Assembly: GCA_024277435.1 (NCBI GenBank)
Contig: JAJRVJ010000025.1
Span: 1 to 60,383 of the forward strand
Length of the DNA: 60,383 nt
Direction: 5' to 3'
DNA from: Patescibacteria group bacterium
GTDB lineage: Bacteria > Patescibacteriota > Patescibacteriia > UBA9570
Positions within the stretch are counted from its first letter, which is position 1; each line of letters starts with the position of its first letter. The notes beneath the pieces were generated by a model. That model searched no databases. It saw only the letters and a program-made list of their open reading frames with translations, and had not been told where the DNA came from. Below, one piece after another: positions 9,905 through 18,309 of this stretch. A program made the translations under genes and the position numbers.

Positions 9905-10855
9905 ATGTTGGAGGACAAAAAATCAAAGGCGAAAAAACCAGCTAAAAAGAAAGTAACGAAGTCATCAACTTCAAAGTCTTCTGGTGCCAAAAAAGCTACA
10001 GCAAAAAAACCTGTCACTAAAAAAGCAGTTGTTAAAAAAGCTGTTAAGAAAAAAACTACTGTAAAAAAGAGTGCTAAAAAAGCTACAGCAAAAAAACCTG
10101 TAACAAAACGTAAAGCAGCTACTAAAAAAACAGCAACCAAAAAGAAAGTACCTGTAACTGTAAGGTCCGGTGAGGCAACACCTACTACTAGTTTCGAAAT
10201 GCCGGATATTATTTTGCCGGAAGTTATTGAAGTACAAGCCGCTCCAGTTCCAGAGCATGCCGTACTTTCTAAACCTGAGAAACAACATATTTCTTTCTTT
10301 CAAAAAGTTGTGAGCATTACTGCTGTAATCATCGTAGGATTAATAGCAATGTATGCGGTTACCGAATATTATCAAGTAACAATATCTAACATTGAAAGTA
10401 ACTACGCATCTTCTCCTGTGGTAATAGATCCAATTAAATGGAGTGACCGCACCATGCAAACCGACGCCGGACGCATTACCATAACCTTCCCAGAATTTTG
10501 GAAAGTACAATCGCTTGGTAATGATCACATTCGTTTTGTAAGTAATGATAATGAGGCCACTACTACAATACAAATTCATAAATCTAAAAGTCCAAGCGTA
10601 CTACACTGGCTACAGCAACAAAGCCTAAAGTATACTGACTTTGAAGTAATTGAATTATCTCCGGCACTCAAGAAATTTGAACCTGCCGTATTTGCTACCG
10701 CCATTGATGATCAAAATAATCACTATGCGGTATTTTATGTACAATCTGGAGAATATGTTATTGAATCAACTATTCAGTATTTATTAGATTCAACAAATAC
10801 AAAAAGGAATGTCGTTGGCTATACTAACTTAATTGAAAATCTTAAAATCGAATAA
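9905..10855 (+). CDS. Membrane protein with a Lys/Ala-rich histone-H1-like N-terminal tail
   Basis: 316 aa. The first roughly 85 aa are KKxxAKK repeats, followed by a TM helix (VVSITAVIIVGLIAMYAV) and a C-terminal domain of about 170 aa. Confidence 0.65.
   Translation: MLEDKKSKAKKPAKKKVTKSSTSKSSGAKKATAKKPVTKKAVVKKAVKKKTTVKKSAKKATAKKPVTKRKAATKKTATKKKVPVTVRSGEATPTTSFEMPDIILPEVIEVQAAPVPEHAVLSKPEKQHISFFQKVVSITAVIIVGLIAMYAVTEYYQVTISNIESNYASSPVVIDPIKWSDRTMQTDAGRITITFPEFWKVQSLGNDHIRFVSNDNEATTTIQIHKSKSPSVLHWLQQQSLKYTDFEVIELSPALKKFEPAVFATAIDDQNNHYAVFYVQSGEYVIESTIQYLLDSTNTKRNVVGYTNLIENLKIE
9989..10101 (+). repeat. Direct repeat inside the Lys-rich coding region
   Basis: The 26-nt string aaaaaagctacagcaaaaaaacctgt occurs at 9989-10014 and again at 10076-10101. 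The offset is 87 nt, or 29 codons, and each copy encodes KKATAKKPVT. Confidence 0.85.
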
Positions 10856-10888
10856 TATATTTTACACATTAGTTGCTATAAAAATAAT

Positions 10889-10914
10889 AAAGCCCGGGCA
10901 TGTGTCCCGGGTTT
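10889..10914 (+). terminator. Rho-independent terminator of the 9905..10855 gene
   Basis: aaagcccggg-catgtgt-cccgggttt: a 6-9 bp GC stem followed by Ts. Confidence 0.7.
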
Positions 10915-10960
10915 CTCTATAACTCATACAAATTTAGCTTCCACATAAAATGGAGGACGA

Positions 10961-10988
10961 GGAGGTGGTACATTTGTATCCCACCTCC
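10961..10988 (-). terminator. Terminator-like hairpin immediately after the island-1 ORF
   Basis: ggaggtgg (10961-10968) pairs with ccacctcc (10981-10988) and abuts the TAG stop. The downstream U-run is weak. Confidence 0.4.
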
Positions 10989-11566
10989 TACTTGTCGCTC
11001 CCGGCTTCCGGGTACTCCCTCGTCAGAACCAGCGGATCGCGCTGAGACGAAGTGCGCCACAGAAGGAAGAGCCGGCGATCTCGGCGAAGATTGTAGTCCT
11101 CGTCGATGATGTCGGTCAGCACCGTGCCACTCGGCAGTGCCACATAGATGTAGATGGCATCCGTTGCCGGAACCACCTTCACGATGTGGGGAACCAGTGG
11201 TTCTCCACGCTCGCTTTTTGGAACATGCGAGGGCTCGCCGAACTCGGCGTAAACCTTGCGGCTTACATCGAACACGTCGACCGGGATCACATCCGCAGCA
11301 CCTACACCAGTGGCATAGGGCACGATGATTACCAGGTTGGCTTGGCGAACCAAAGGCGAAGTGTTGGGTTCGAAACGAACGTCTCCAAACATGCGGGGTT
11401 CCTCCTGCAGTGGGGGTACCAGCTGCAGATGGGGCTTCCGCTGCTGTTCAGGTTCGCTCCGAACATCTTCCTGAGAAACCAGAGCTTGGCTCACAGGGTC
11501 TGCCTCACCTCTGAACAGGTGAGTCAGTGGCTGGATAACCAGCGTTTGAAACGCGGCTTTCAGCAT
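10988..11566 (-). CDS. Hypothetical protein encoded by G+C-rich island 1 (foreign composition)
   Basis: 192-aa ORF with an ATG start preceded by gtGAGGTGattc. The line 11041-11100 has 35/60 G+C by hand count, against 15/60 for the host line 10741-10800. I recognised no family. Several overlapping shadow ORFs are present, as is typical of high G+C. Confidence 0.6.
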   Translation of the reverse strand: MLKAAFQTLVIQPLTHLFRGEADPVSQALVSQEDVRSEPEQQRKPHLQLVPPLQEEPRMFGDVRFEPNTSPLVRQANLVIIVPYATGVGAADVIPVDVFDVSRKVYAEFGEPSHVPKSERGEPLVPHIVKVVPATDAIYIYVALPSGTVLTDIIDEDYNLRRDRRLFLLWRTSSQRDPLVLTREYPEAGSDK

Positions 11567-11700
11567 GAATCACCTCACAAGGTGTGGTAAATTGTACGGC
11601 ACGACTAGGGAATAGGGCTTTATGTCGCCCGCGACCCAGTAGAACCAGCACGAAAGACCCCTCAGAGGGGCCCCTCGTATCCCCCAACGGGGGACGAATA

Positions 11701-11729
11701 ACCATACCACTGTATTTAACAAATGTCAA
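11701..11729 (-). promoter_or_regulatory. Sigma70-type promoter for the island-1 gene
   Basis: On the minus strand: TTGACA (11724-11729), a 17-nt spacer, then TATGGT (11701-11706). A leader of about 130 nt follows. Confidence 0.5.
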
Positions 11730-11789
11730 TGGCTAATTGACCATGAATACTACTTTGAAATAAGCACAAAAAACTGGTACACTTCTTGC

Positions 11790-13061
11790 ATGCCAACAAT
11801 AATTACACAAAATCCTACTCTACCCACTGAAGATAAAAAAATAGCACCAAATCCAGGCGCTGGTCCTAAAATCGTTCTCGACCAAACTCCTGAAGAGCCT
11901 ACAACATCTATGCAGCCACATCCAACAACGTCAGATCTTAAACCAGTTCCAAAAGCTACCGCACCAGTAACACAACCAGAGCCAAAACCTTTTCCGGAAA
12001 ATAAACCCCATGTTGAAGCTAATCTTGAAGAACTTGATAAGTTACAAGCTGAACTCACTGCTAAACTTGCACACAAGCATAGTGAAGAAACTAAACTACT
12101 TGAACAAGTCCAAGAACTCATTAAACAAACAGGACAAATTGAAGGTAGTGAAGCTGAACTTCACAAGCAACTGCAAGAATTACAAGACATGCGTAAAAAT
12201 ATTGCTGCGCAACCAGAAAAAGCAGCAGAGCATATACAAAACAGCGCATTCACCACTTTAGTGAAAGATATCGAACCTACTCCAGCTGAACCAGCCGCTC
12301 CAGCAGCAACCAAACCTGATGCACTCAAGCCTGTTGAAATGCAGGTTGATAAAAAAATCCTCAACGCATTGCGACAAACGTTTAGTAATACCGATCCCGC
12401 GATTGCTGCCACTCTCACAGCCAATGCAACAGTTGAACAATCGGACGATGGCGGTGTACTTATTACAGGTAATAATAATCAAGTACATTTTTCTCCAGAG
12501 GATCTTAGGCAGGCAAATATCACTGCTATAGATGTAGCGATGCTTCCAAAAACAACTTTAAAACCTAACGCTATTCCTGAACCTATGCCTGCTCCGGAAA
12601 TTGCGCCAGTACAGTCTGAACCCACTCCTACGCCTAGACCAGTTACTGCAGGCACTATGAATGCTCCTGCGGCAGCGCTATTAGAAAAAATACTTCCTCA
12701 CTTAACATCAGAACAACAAGCTGCGCTCGTGAATCCATCAAGCCTGCAACGATCTGCCGATGGTAATGGAATAGTAATTACCACTCAAACAGGAGACGTA
12801 CATTTAAGTGATGCGGATTTAATTCGCGCTAGTATAACATCAGTAGATCTTCAAAATATTTCTACTAGCACACAACCCGTAGCTACCACCACGGAACCCA
12901 CACCTGCCGAACAACCAGCTCAAACTCAACCAGTGGCTACTGTAGAGCCTACGCCAGCTGTACAAACTACCCCCGAACAACCAGCTCCTGTAGCTGCACC
13001 TGTACAACCAACAGGACCACAACCTACACCTGCCCAACCTGGTCCACCGGCTATTGGGTAG
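11790..13061 (+). CDS. Pro/Thr/Ala-rich low-complexity protein with a duplicated globular module
   Basis: 423 aa. Two related segments are present: ...VEQSDDGGVLITGNNNQVHFSPEDLRQANITAIDV... and ...LQRSADGNGIVITTQTGDVHLSDADLIRASITSVDL.... They are separated and flanked by PxP-rich linkers. Confidence 0.6.
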   Translation: MPTIITQNPTLPTEDKKIAPNPGAGPKIVLDQTPEEPTTSMQPHPTTSDLKPVPKATAPVTQPEPKPFPENKPHVEANLEELDKLQAELTAKLAHKHSEETKLLEQVQELIKQTGQIEGSEAELHKQLQELQDMRKNIAAQPEKAAEHIQNSAFTTLVKDIEPTPAEPAAPAATKPDALKPVEMQVDKKILNALRQTFSNTDPAIAATLTANATVEQSDDGGVLITGNNNQVHFSPEDLRQANITAIDVAMLPKTTLKPNAIPEPMPAPEIAPVQSEPTPTPRPVTAGTMNAPAAALLEKILPHLTSEQQAALVNPSSLQRSADGNGIVITTQTGDVHLSDADLIRASITSVDLQNISTSTQPVATTTEPTPAEQPAQTQPVATVEPTPAVQTTPEQPAPVAAPVQPTGPQPTPAQPGPPAIG

Positions 13062-13080
13062 CACACGCCATGGCGTGCAC

Positions 13081-14385
13081 CTACTGCATTAAACTTTTAC
13101 GATGTAGTTTCCGATAATATGATATCGCAAATCGATGCGCCTCATCGCGCATCCGTTGCACTAAAAATAATCCCTGACTACCGGTTGGTTGGGTAATGGG
13201 CATAGATTCTCCTGGAAGATATAATTCTTCTCGTTTTTTCGCTAATGATACAACTGCAACCTGTTTATCTTTCCAAAAATCTTCTACCGCACTCAACTGC
13301 CCCTTACCTCCATCAATAATCGCCAAATCTGGCAATGGCCAATCGCGCTTTAACCTACGCCTCACAACTTCTTGCAAACTTTTATAATCATCATTCTGTT
13401 TGATATTCTTTATTTTAAAACGACGATATTCACCCTTATCTGGTAAACCGTTAATAAACACCACCATCGAACCAACGGTATGCGATCCTTGTCCATGAGA
13501 GATGTCATAAATCTCTACCCGATGCGGCGGCTTCGCCAAACCAAGCACCTGGGATAATTCCTGTAAACCCATTTGTGGATCAATCGCCTTTAAAGCATAT
13601 TGCTCGGTAAGATATTGCTGTGGTGTTTTTTGTAACGTTTGCAATTGCTCAATCGATTTTAATTGATCACGAATCCGAGCAGCTTTCTCATACAATTGCT
13701 GTTCAGCAGCTTTCGCCATTTCAGATTCCAAAGCTATTACTAACTGTTTGGTGTCACCTTCAAAAAAATCAATGGCTCGATACACCATTTTTTGATAATC
13801 CTCTACAGTGATTTCATTTATACACGGTGCCTTGCAGCGTCCTATATAATATTCCAAGCAAGCTTTCTTCGGTAACTTACTACATGTGCGAAACGGAAAA
13901 ATACTATGCAATAATTGTAAGACCACCCGCGTGCTACGGGCAAATGGATATGGCCCATAATATACTCCGGCTTTTTGTAAGTTTGGCCTACGTACAGCCA
14001 ATACGCGCGGATACTCTTCATGTGTTACGTGAATATATAAAAAACTTTTATCATCTTTCGATAATATATTAAAACGTGGTTGATAATCCTTAATCAGTTG
14101 ATCTTCCAATAATAGAGCGTCTGCCTCTGTACCTGTTTCAATCCAATCTATCGTTTCAATTTGGCCAACCATAATCTTTTTTCGCTCTGAGAGGGTGGTA
14201 GAGACGCGTTGCAACGCGTCTCTACCACCAACAAAATAGGACCGTACACGGTTCTTCAATACCTTAGCCTTCCCCACATACAATACATTCCCTTGTCTAT
14301 TTTTAAATAGGTACACACCCGGGCTATTAGGTAGTTCTTGTAATCGTTTTTGAATAGACTTATCCATGGTGCATGCATTGTACAT
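13081..14385 (-). CDS. uvrC: Excinuclease ABC subunit C (short form, no C-terminal HhH domain)
   Basis: GIY-YIG motif GVYLFKNRQGNVLYVGKAKVLKNRVRSYF, a UVR-like helix and an Endo-V-like domain (IYDISHGQG). A more likely start is MDKSIQ at 14367. Confidence 0.85.
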   Translation of the reverse strand: MYNACTMDKSIQKRLQELPNSPGVYLFKNRQGNVLYVGKAKVLKNRVRSYFVGGRDALQRVSTTLSERKKIMVGQIETIDWIETGTEADALLLEDQLIKDYQPRFNILSKDDKSFLYIHVTHEEYPRVLAVRRPNLQKAGVYYGPYPFARSTRVVLQLLHSIFPFRTCSKLPKKACLEYYIGRCKAPCINEITVEDYQKMVYRAIDFFEGDTKQLVIALESEMAKAAEQQLYEKAARIRDQLKSIEQLQTLQKTPQQYLTEQYALKAIDPQMGLQELSQVLGLAKPPHRVEIYDISHGQGSHTVGSMVVFINGLPDKGEYRRFKIKNIKQNDDYKSLQEVVRRRLKRDWPLPDLAIIDGGKGQLSAVEDFWKDKQVAVVSLAKKREELYLPGESMPITQPTGSQGLFLVQRMRDEAHRFAISYYRKLHRKSLMQ

Positions 14386-14391
14386 GGTTAT

Positions 14392-14430
14392 ATCATGTAG
14401 GGACAGGATAATACCCTATCCCTACATGAT
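14392..14430. promoter_or_regulatory. 12-bp perfect inverted repeat in the uvrC/uvrA divergent control region
   Basis: ATCATGTAGGGA (14392-14403), N15, TCCCTACATGAT (14419-14430). It lies 14 nt upstream of the uvrA -35 element. Confidence 0.45.
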
Positions 14431-14444
14431 CGCTACCCACACGC

Positions 14445-14473
14445 TTGACCATATGTAAAATCAGCAGTATACT
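14445..14473 (+). promoter_or_regulatory. Sigma70-type promoter of uvrA
   Basis: TTGACC (14445-14450), a 17-nt spacer, then TATACT (14468-14473). Confidence 0.5.
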
Positions 14474-14509
14474 ACTGTAGTTCAAAATCTTAACTCCCTA
14501 TATACATTC

Positions 14510-15712
14510 ATGGATCCAGTAATCTCAATTAAAGGAGCTCGCGTACATAACCTAAAAAACATCTCACTGGACTTACCACGCAACAAGCTTGTGGTTATTA
14601 CTGGCCTATCTGGTTCTGGAAAATCCTCATTAGCGTTCGATACTATTTATGCTGAAGGACAACGTCGTTACGTAGAAAGTCTATCAGCCTACGCTCGACA
14701 ATTTTTAGGGTTAATGGACAAACCTGACGTAGACCGCATCGAGGGTTTATCGCCAGCTATTTCCATTGATCAAAAAACCACCTCCCATAATCCACGATCA
14801 ACTGTTGGTACAGTAACAGAAATTTATGATTACCTTCGATTACTCTATGCTCGCATTGGTACACCGCATTGCCCTAATGATGGTGAAGTTGTACAGAAAC
14901 AAACTATAGGGCAAATTCTTAACAAGATTCTAAAAATTCCCGCTAACTCTAAAATTCTTGTTATCGCACCAATTATTCGTGATAAAAAAGGTGAGCATAA
15001 ATCATTGATAGAAGAAGCTCGTAAATCTGGCTATGTGCGCATTCGCATCGACGGCGCGATGATGCCTATAGAAGAGGCTGAAGATAAAACTCTTGATAAA
15101 AAGAAGAAACATTCTATCGATATAGTAATTGATCGTTTAACCATTTCTCCAAAAATTGATAAAGAACGATTAACCGAATCAATTGAAACTGCTTTAAACT
15201 TAGCTAACGGATTATTACTTATTCATGACTCCGAGGAAGAAAAGGATTTACTATTTTCAGAACATTTCTCTTGTCCAAAGTGTCAGTTTAACTTAGAGGA
15301 TCTAGAGCCGCGGAACTTTTCTTTTAACAGCCCACACGGTGCTTGTGATGATTGTACGGGCCTAGGAACAAAACTAGAAGTAGATCCTGATTTAGTTATT
15401 CCAAATAAAAAATTATCAATCGCAGAAGGCGCCATTCGTCCATGGTCACGCACATCATCGAATCAAACTTGGATGATGCGTATTCTTGAAGCTGTAGCGC
15501 AAGCGAATGGCTTTTCAACTAATGACCCCATAAAAGACCTATCAAAAAAATCTTTGAAAGTTATTCTACATGGAACGGGTAAACAATCCTACGATGTAAA
15601 TAGTCCTTTTGCCACCGGTAAGGTTAAGGCATTTATGACGGAGTATGAAGGTGTTATTCCAAATCTTGAACGCCGCTATAAAGAAACCGAGTCCGAATAC
15701 ATGCGCTCTTAA
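14510..15712 (+). CDS. uvrA: Excinuclease ABC subunit A, N-terminal 400 aa, ending at an in-frame TAA
   Basis: [35 protein letters not shown], a zinc module CPKC...CDDC, and ...[19 protein letters not shown]. Confidence 0.9.
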   Translation: MDPVISIKGARVHNLKNISLDLPRNKLVVITGLSGSGKSSLAFDTIYAEGQRRYVESLSAYARQFLGLMDKPDVDRIEGLSPAISIDQKTTSHNPRSTVGTVTEIYDYLRLLYARIGTPHCPNDGEVVQKQTIGQILNKILKIPANSKILVIAPIIRDKKGEHKSLIEEARKSGYVRIRIDGAMMPIEEAEDKTLDKKKKHSIDIVIDRLTISPKIDKERLTESIETALNLANGLLLIHDSEEEKDLLFSEHFSCPKCQFNLEDLEPRNFSFNSPHGACDDCTGLGTKLEVDPDLVIPNKKLSIAEGAIRPWSRTSSNQTWMMRILEAVAQANGFSTNDPIKDLSKKSLKVILHGTGKQSYDVNSPFATGKVKAFMTEYEGVIPNLERRYKETESEYMRS

Positions 15713-15724
15713 ATCGAACGCTAC

Positions 15725-17344
15725 ATGCGCATATTTGATTGCCCAAGTTGTAACGGAAAACGATTAAATCCAGTTGCGTTAGCCGTTACTATTAATGACA
15801 TTAATATTGCTGAAGTAACCACTAAGAGTATCGATGATGTAAACAAGTACTTTACTAATCTTACACTCAACGCACGCCAAAATAAAATTGCTAAGCAAGT
15901 ACTGCAAGAGGTGCAGAATCGTTTAAATTTTCTGCATAATGTTGGCCTCGATTATCTTACCCTCAATCGCAGTACAAACACTCTCTCTGGTGGTGAAGCC
16001 CAGCGTATTCGTTTAGCAACACAAATCGGATCCTCATTAACTGGCGTTATCTACATTTTGGATGAACCATCAATTGGCTTACATCAACGTGATAACAATC
16101 GCTTAATTAAAACATTAAAAGAATTACGTGACCTTGGTAACACTGTATTAGTTGTTGAGCATGATGAAGAAACTATTCGAGAAGCCGACCTTGTTGTCGA
16201 TATTGGCCCTGGAGCCGGCAAACATGGTGGTGAGATAGTTGCCATTGGTACGCCAAAGCAAATTGAAAAATCTACCAAATCCCTCACTGGTAAATATCTG
16301 TCTGTAAAAGAAAGTATCCCCGTTCCCAAAAAATATCGTAAAGGCAACGGCAAAGCTATTGAAGTGGTTAACGCTGAAGAGTTTAATCTAAAAAGTGTCA
16401 CTGCTAAATTTCCACTAGGTATGTTGGTATGTATTAGTGGTATTTCTGGATCAGGTAAATCCACCTTACTCATTGATATTCTTGCTAAAGCATTAGCGCG
16501 TCACTATCACAACGCTAAAGATTACCCAGGTAAGCATGAAGAGATTAAGGGGCTTGAACATATCAATAAAGTAATTCATATCGATCAATCTCCAATTGGC
16601 CGAACCCCACGCTCGAACCCCGCTACCTATACCGGCGTATTTACCTATATTCGCGACATCTTCACTCAAGTACCTGAAGCAAAGATGCGTGGTTACAAAG
16701 CAGGGCGCTTCTCATTTAATGTAAAGGGTGGTCGCTGTGAGGCTTGCCAAGGTGATGGCGTACAAAAAATTGAAATGCACCTCTTACCAGATGTATATGT
16801 AAAATGTGATGAATGTCATGGAAGACGCTATAACAAACAAGCGCTAGAAATTGAATACAAAAATAAAACAATTTCTAATGTGCTAGAAATGACTGTAGAA
16901 GAAGCGCTTAAGTTTTTTGATAACATTCCTTCGATTCGTGAAAAACTACAAACCCTATTTGATGTTGGTCTCGGCTATATCCATCTCGGGCAAAATGCTA
17001 CTACATTATCTGGTGGTGAAGCCCAGCGCATCAAGTTAGCTACCGAACTTTCACGTCGTGCAACTGGAAAAACTCTCTACATTCTAGATGAGCCTACTAC
17101 CGGATTACATTTCGCTGATGTTAAACGACTACTACAAGTATTAAATAAACTTGTTGATAAAGGAAATAGTGTATTCGTTATCGAACATAATCTTGATGTA
17201 ATCAAATCCGCTGATTGGATTATCGATCTTGGCCCTGATGGTGGTGATAAAGGGGGAGAAATTGTAGCTACTGGCACACCACGTGAGGTAGCTAAAGTTG
17301 CTAGATCTATTACCGGACAATTCCTCAAAAAAATGCTAAAGTAG
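15725..17344 (+). CDS. uvrA: Excinuclease ABC subunit A, C-terminal 539 aa, in the same frame as 14510..15712
   Basis: [21 protein letters not shown], a second Walker [19 protein letters not shown] and a second [12 protein letters not shown]. Confidence 0.9.
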   Translation: MRIFDCPSCNGKRLNPVALAVTINDINIAEVTTKSIDDVNKYFTNLTLNARQNKIAKQVLQEVQNRLNFLHNVGLDYLTLNRSTNTLSGGEAQRIRLATQIGSSLTGVIYILDEPSIGLHQRDNNRLIKTLKELRDLGNTVLVVEHDEETIREADLVVDIGPGAGKHGGEIVAIGTPKQIEKSTKSLTGKYLSVKESIPVPKKYRKGNGKAIEVVNAEEFNLKSVTAKFPLGMLVCISGISGSGKSTLLIDILAKALARHYHNAKDYPGKHEEIKGLEHINKVIHIDQSPIGRTPRSNPATYTGVFTYIRDIFTQVPEAKMRGYKAGRFSFNVKGGRCEACQGDGVQKIEMHLLPDVYVKCDECHGRRYNKQALEIEYKNKTISNVLEMTVEEALKFFDNIPSIREKLQTLFDVGLGYIHLGQNATTLSGGEAQRIKLATELSRRATGKTLYILDEPTTGLHFADVKRLLQVLNKLVDKGNSVFVIEHNLDVIKSADWIIDLGPDGGDKGGEIVATGTPREVAKVARSITGQFLKKMLK

Positions 17345-17348
17345 TTGA

Positions 17349-18266
17349 GTGAATCCCTCTACTTTAGAACAATCCGTCATCCATACTCTTGCGTATTTCA
17401 ATATTTTTAACTATCCGCTTACGGTAGCTGAACTCTACCGTTATTTGTGGAATCCTCCAGCCAATCTTACAATCGGTGAACTTACTGGCACTATTTCCAA
17501 CATGAAGCAAGTGGAGCTACATAATGGCTTAGCGTGCCTAACAGGCCGTAGTGAAATTATAGAGCGCCGTACGAAAGCCTACTTAGAAAGTGAACGTAAA
17601 TACAAAAAGCGCTTACGGTATATTGCATTACTCACATACCTACCTCACGTTCAAGCAATTTTCGTAGTGAATAGCCTGGCATTTCAAAACGTGCACGAAC
17701 ATAGCGATATTGATTTACTTATAATTTCCAAACCTGGAAAAATTTGGACTACTCGATTCTTTACAACTACTCTAGCAAAACTCCTCGGCATTCGGCCACG
17801 ACCAAATTATACAAAAGATACATTGTGTCTTAGTTTTTATTTAGATAGTGGATCACTCCATATGAAGCAATTACTCAGCAACCCTAATGATATTTATGAA
17901 CTGTACTGGCTGCGACATTTCTTTCCCATTTATGATCCAAAAAACATCAATCAAAAAATTGCTGATGAAAATACCTGGTTAAATACACACCTCCCTAATG
18001 CAAAGCCCGTAACTCCTCACCCGCTACGAACAATTACGCATACTTGGCTACAAAGCCTAACTCAAGGTCTGCTCGGTATATTACCATTAGAATCATTTTG
18101 GAAATGGTTACAACTAAAAATTCTTCCCCAGGAACTCAAAGATCTTAGCGGTCCAGTAGAATCATCAGTAGTAGTTCTATCCGATAACTTGCTTAAATTT
18201 CATACAAAAGATCCACGACCAGAATGGCAGCGGCAATGGAAAAAAACAGTAGAAGAGTATTTGTAG
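17349..18266 (+). CDS. Hypothetical protein (possible nucleotidyltransferase fold)
   Basis: 305 aa. The segment HSDIDLLIISKPGKIW resembles a nucleotidyltransferase DxD strand. The functional assignment is weak. Confidence 0.5.
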   Translation: MNPSTLEQSVIHTLAYFNIFNYPLTVAELYRYLWNPPANLTIGELTGTISNMKQVELHNGLACLTGRSEIIERRTKAYLESERKYKKRLRYIALLTYLPHVQAIFVVNSLAFQNVHEHSDIDLLIISKPGKIWTTRFFTTTLAKLLGIRPRPNYTKDTLCLSFYLDSGSLHMKQLLSNPNDIYELYWLRHFFPIYDPKNINQKIADENTWLNTHLPNAKPVTPHPLRTITHTWLQSLTQGLLGILPLESFWKWLQLKILPQELKDLSGPVESSVVVLSDNLLKFHTKDPRPEWQRQWKKTVEEYL

Positions 18267-18309
18267 AAGTAGAAACATGGCATGCCGCGTCTCTACTTTT
18301 CCACGGTAT

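Noticed and set aside
11750-12488. Antisense and out-of-frame ORFs (11750..12121-, 12010..12261+, 12161..12424-, 12258..12488-) within the Pro-rich gene
   Set aside because: They are shadows of a low-complexity, stop-poor coding region. The 423-aa plus-strand frame has the internal duplicated module and a clean start and stop.
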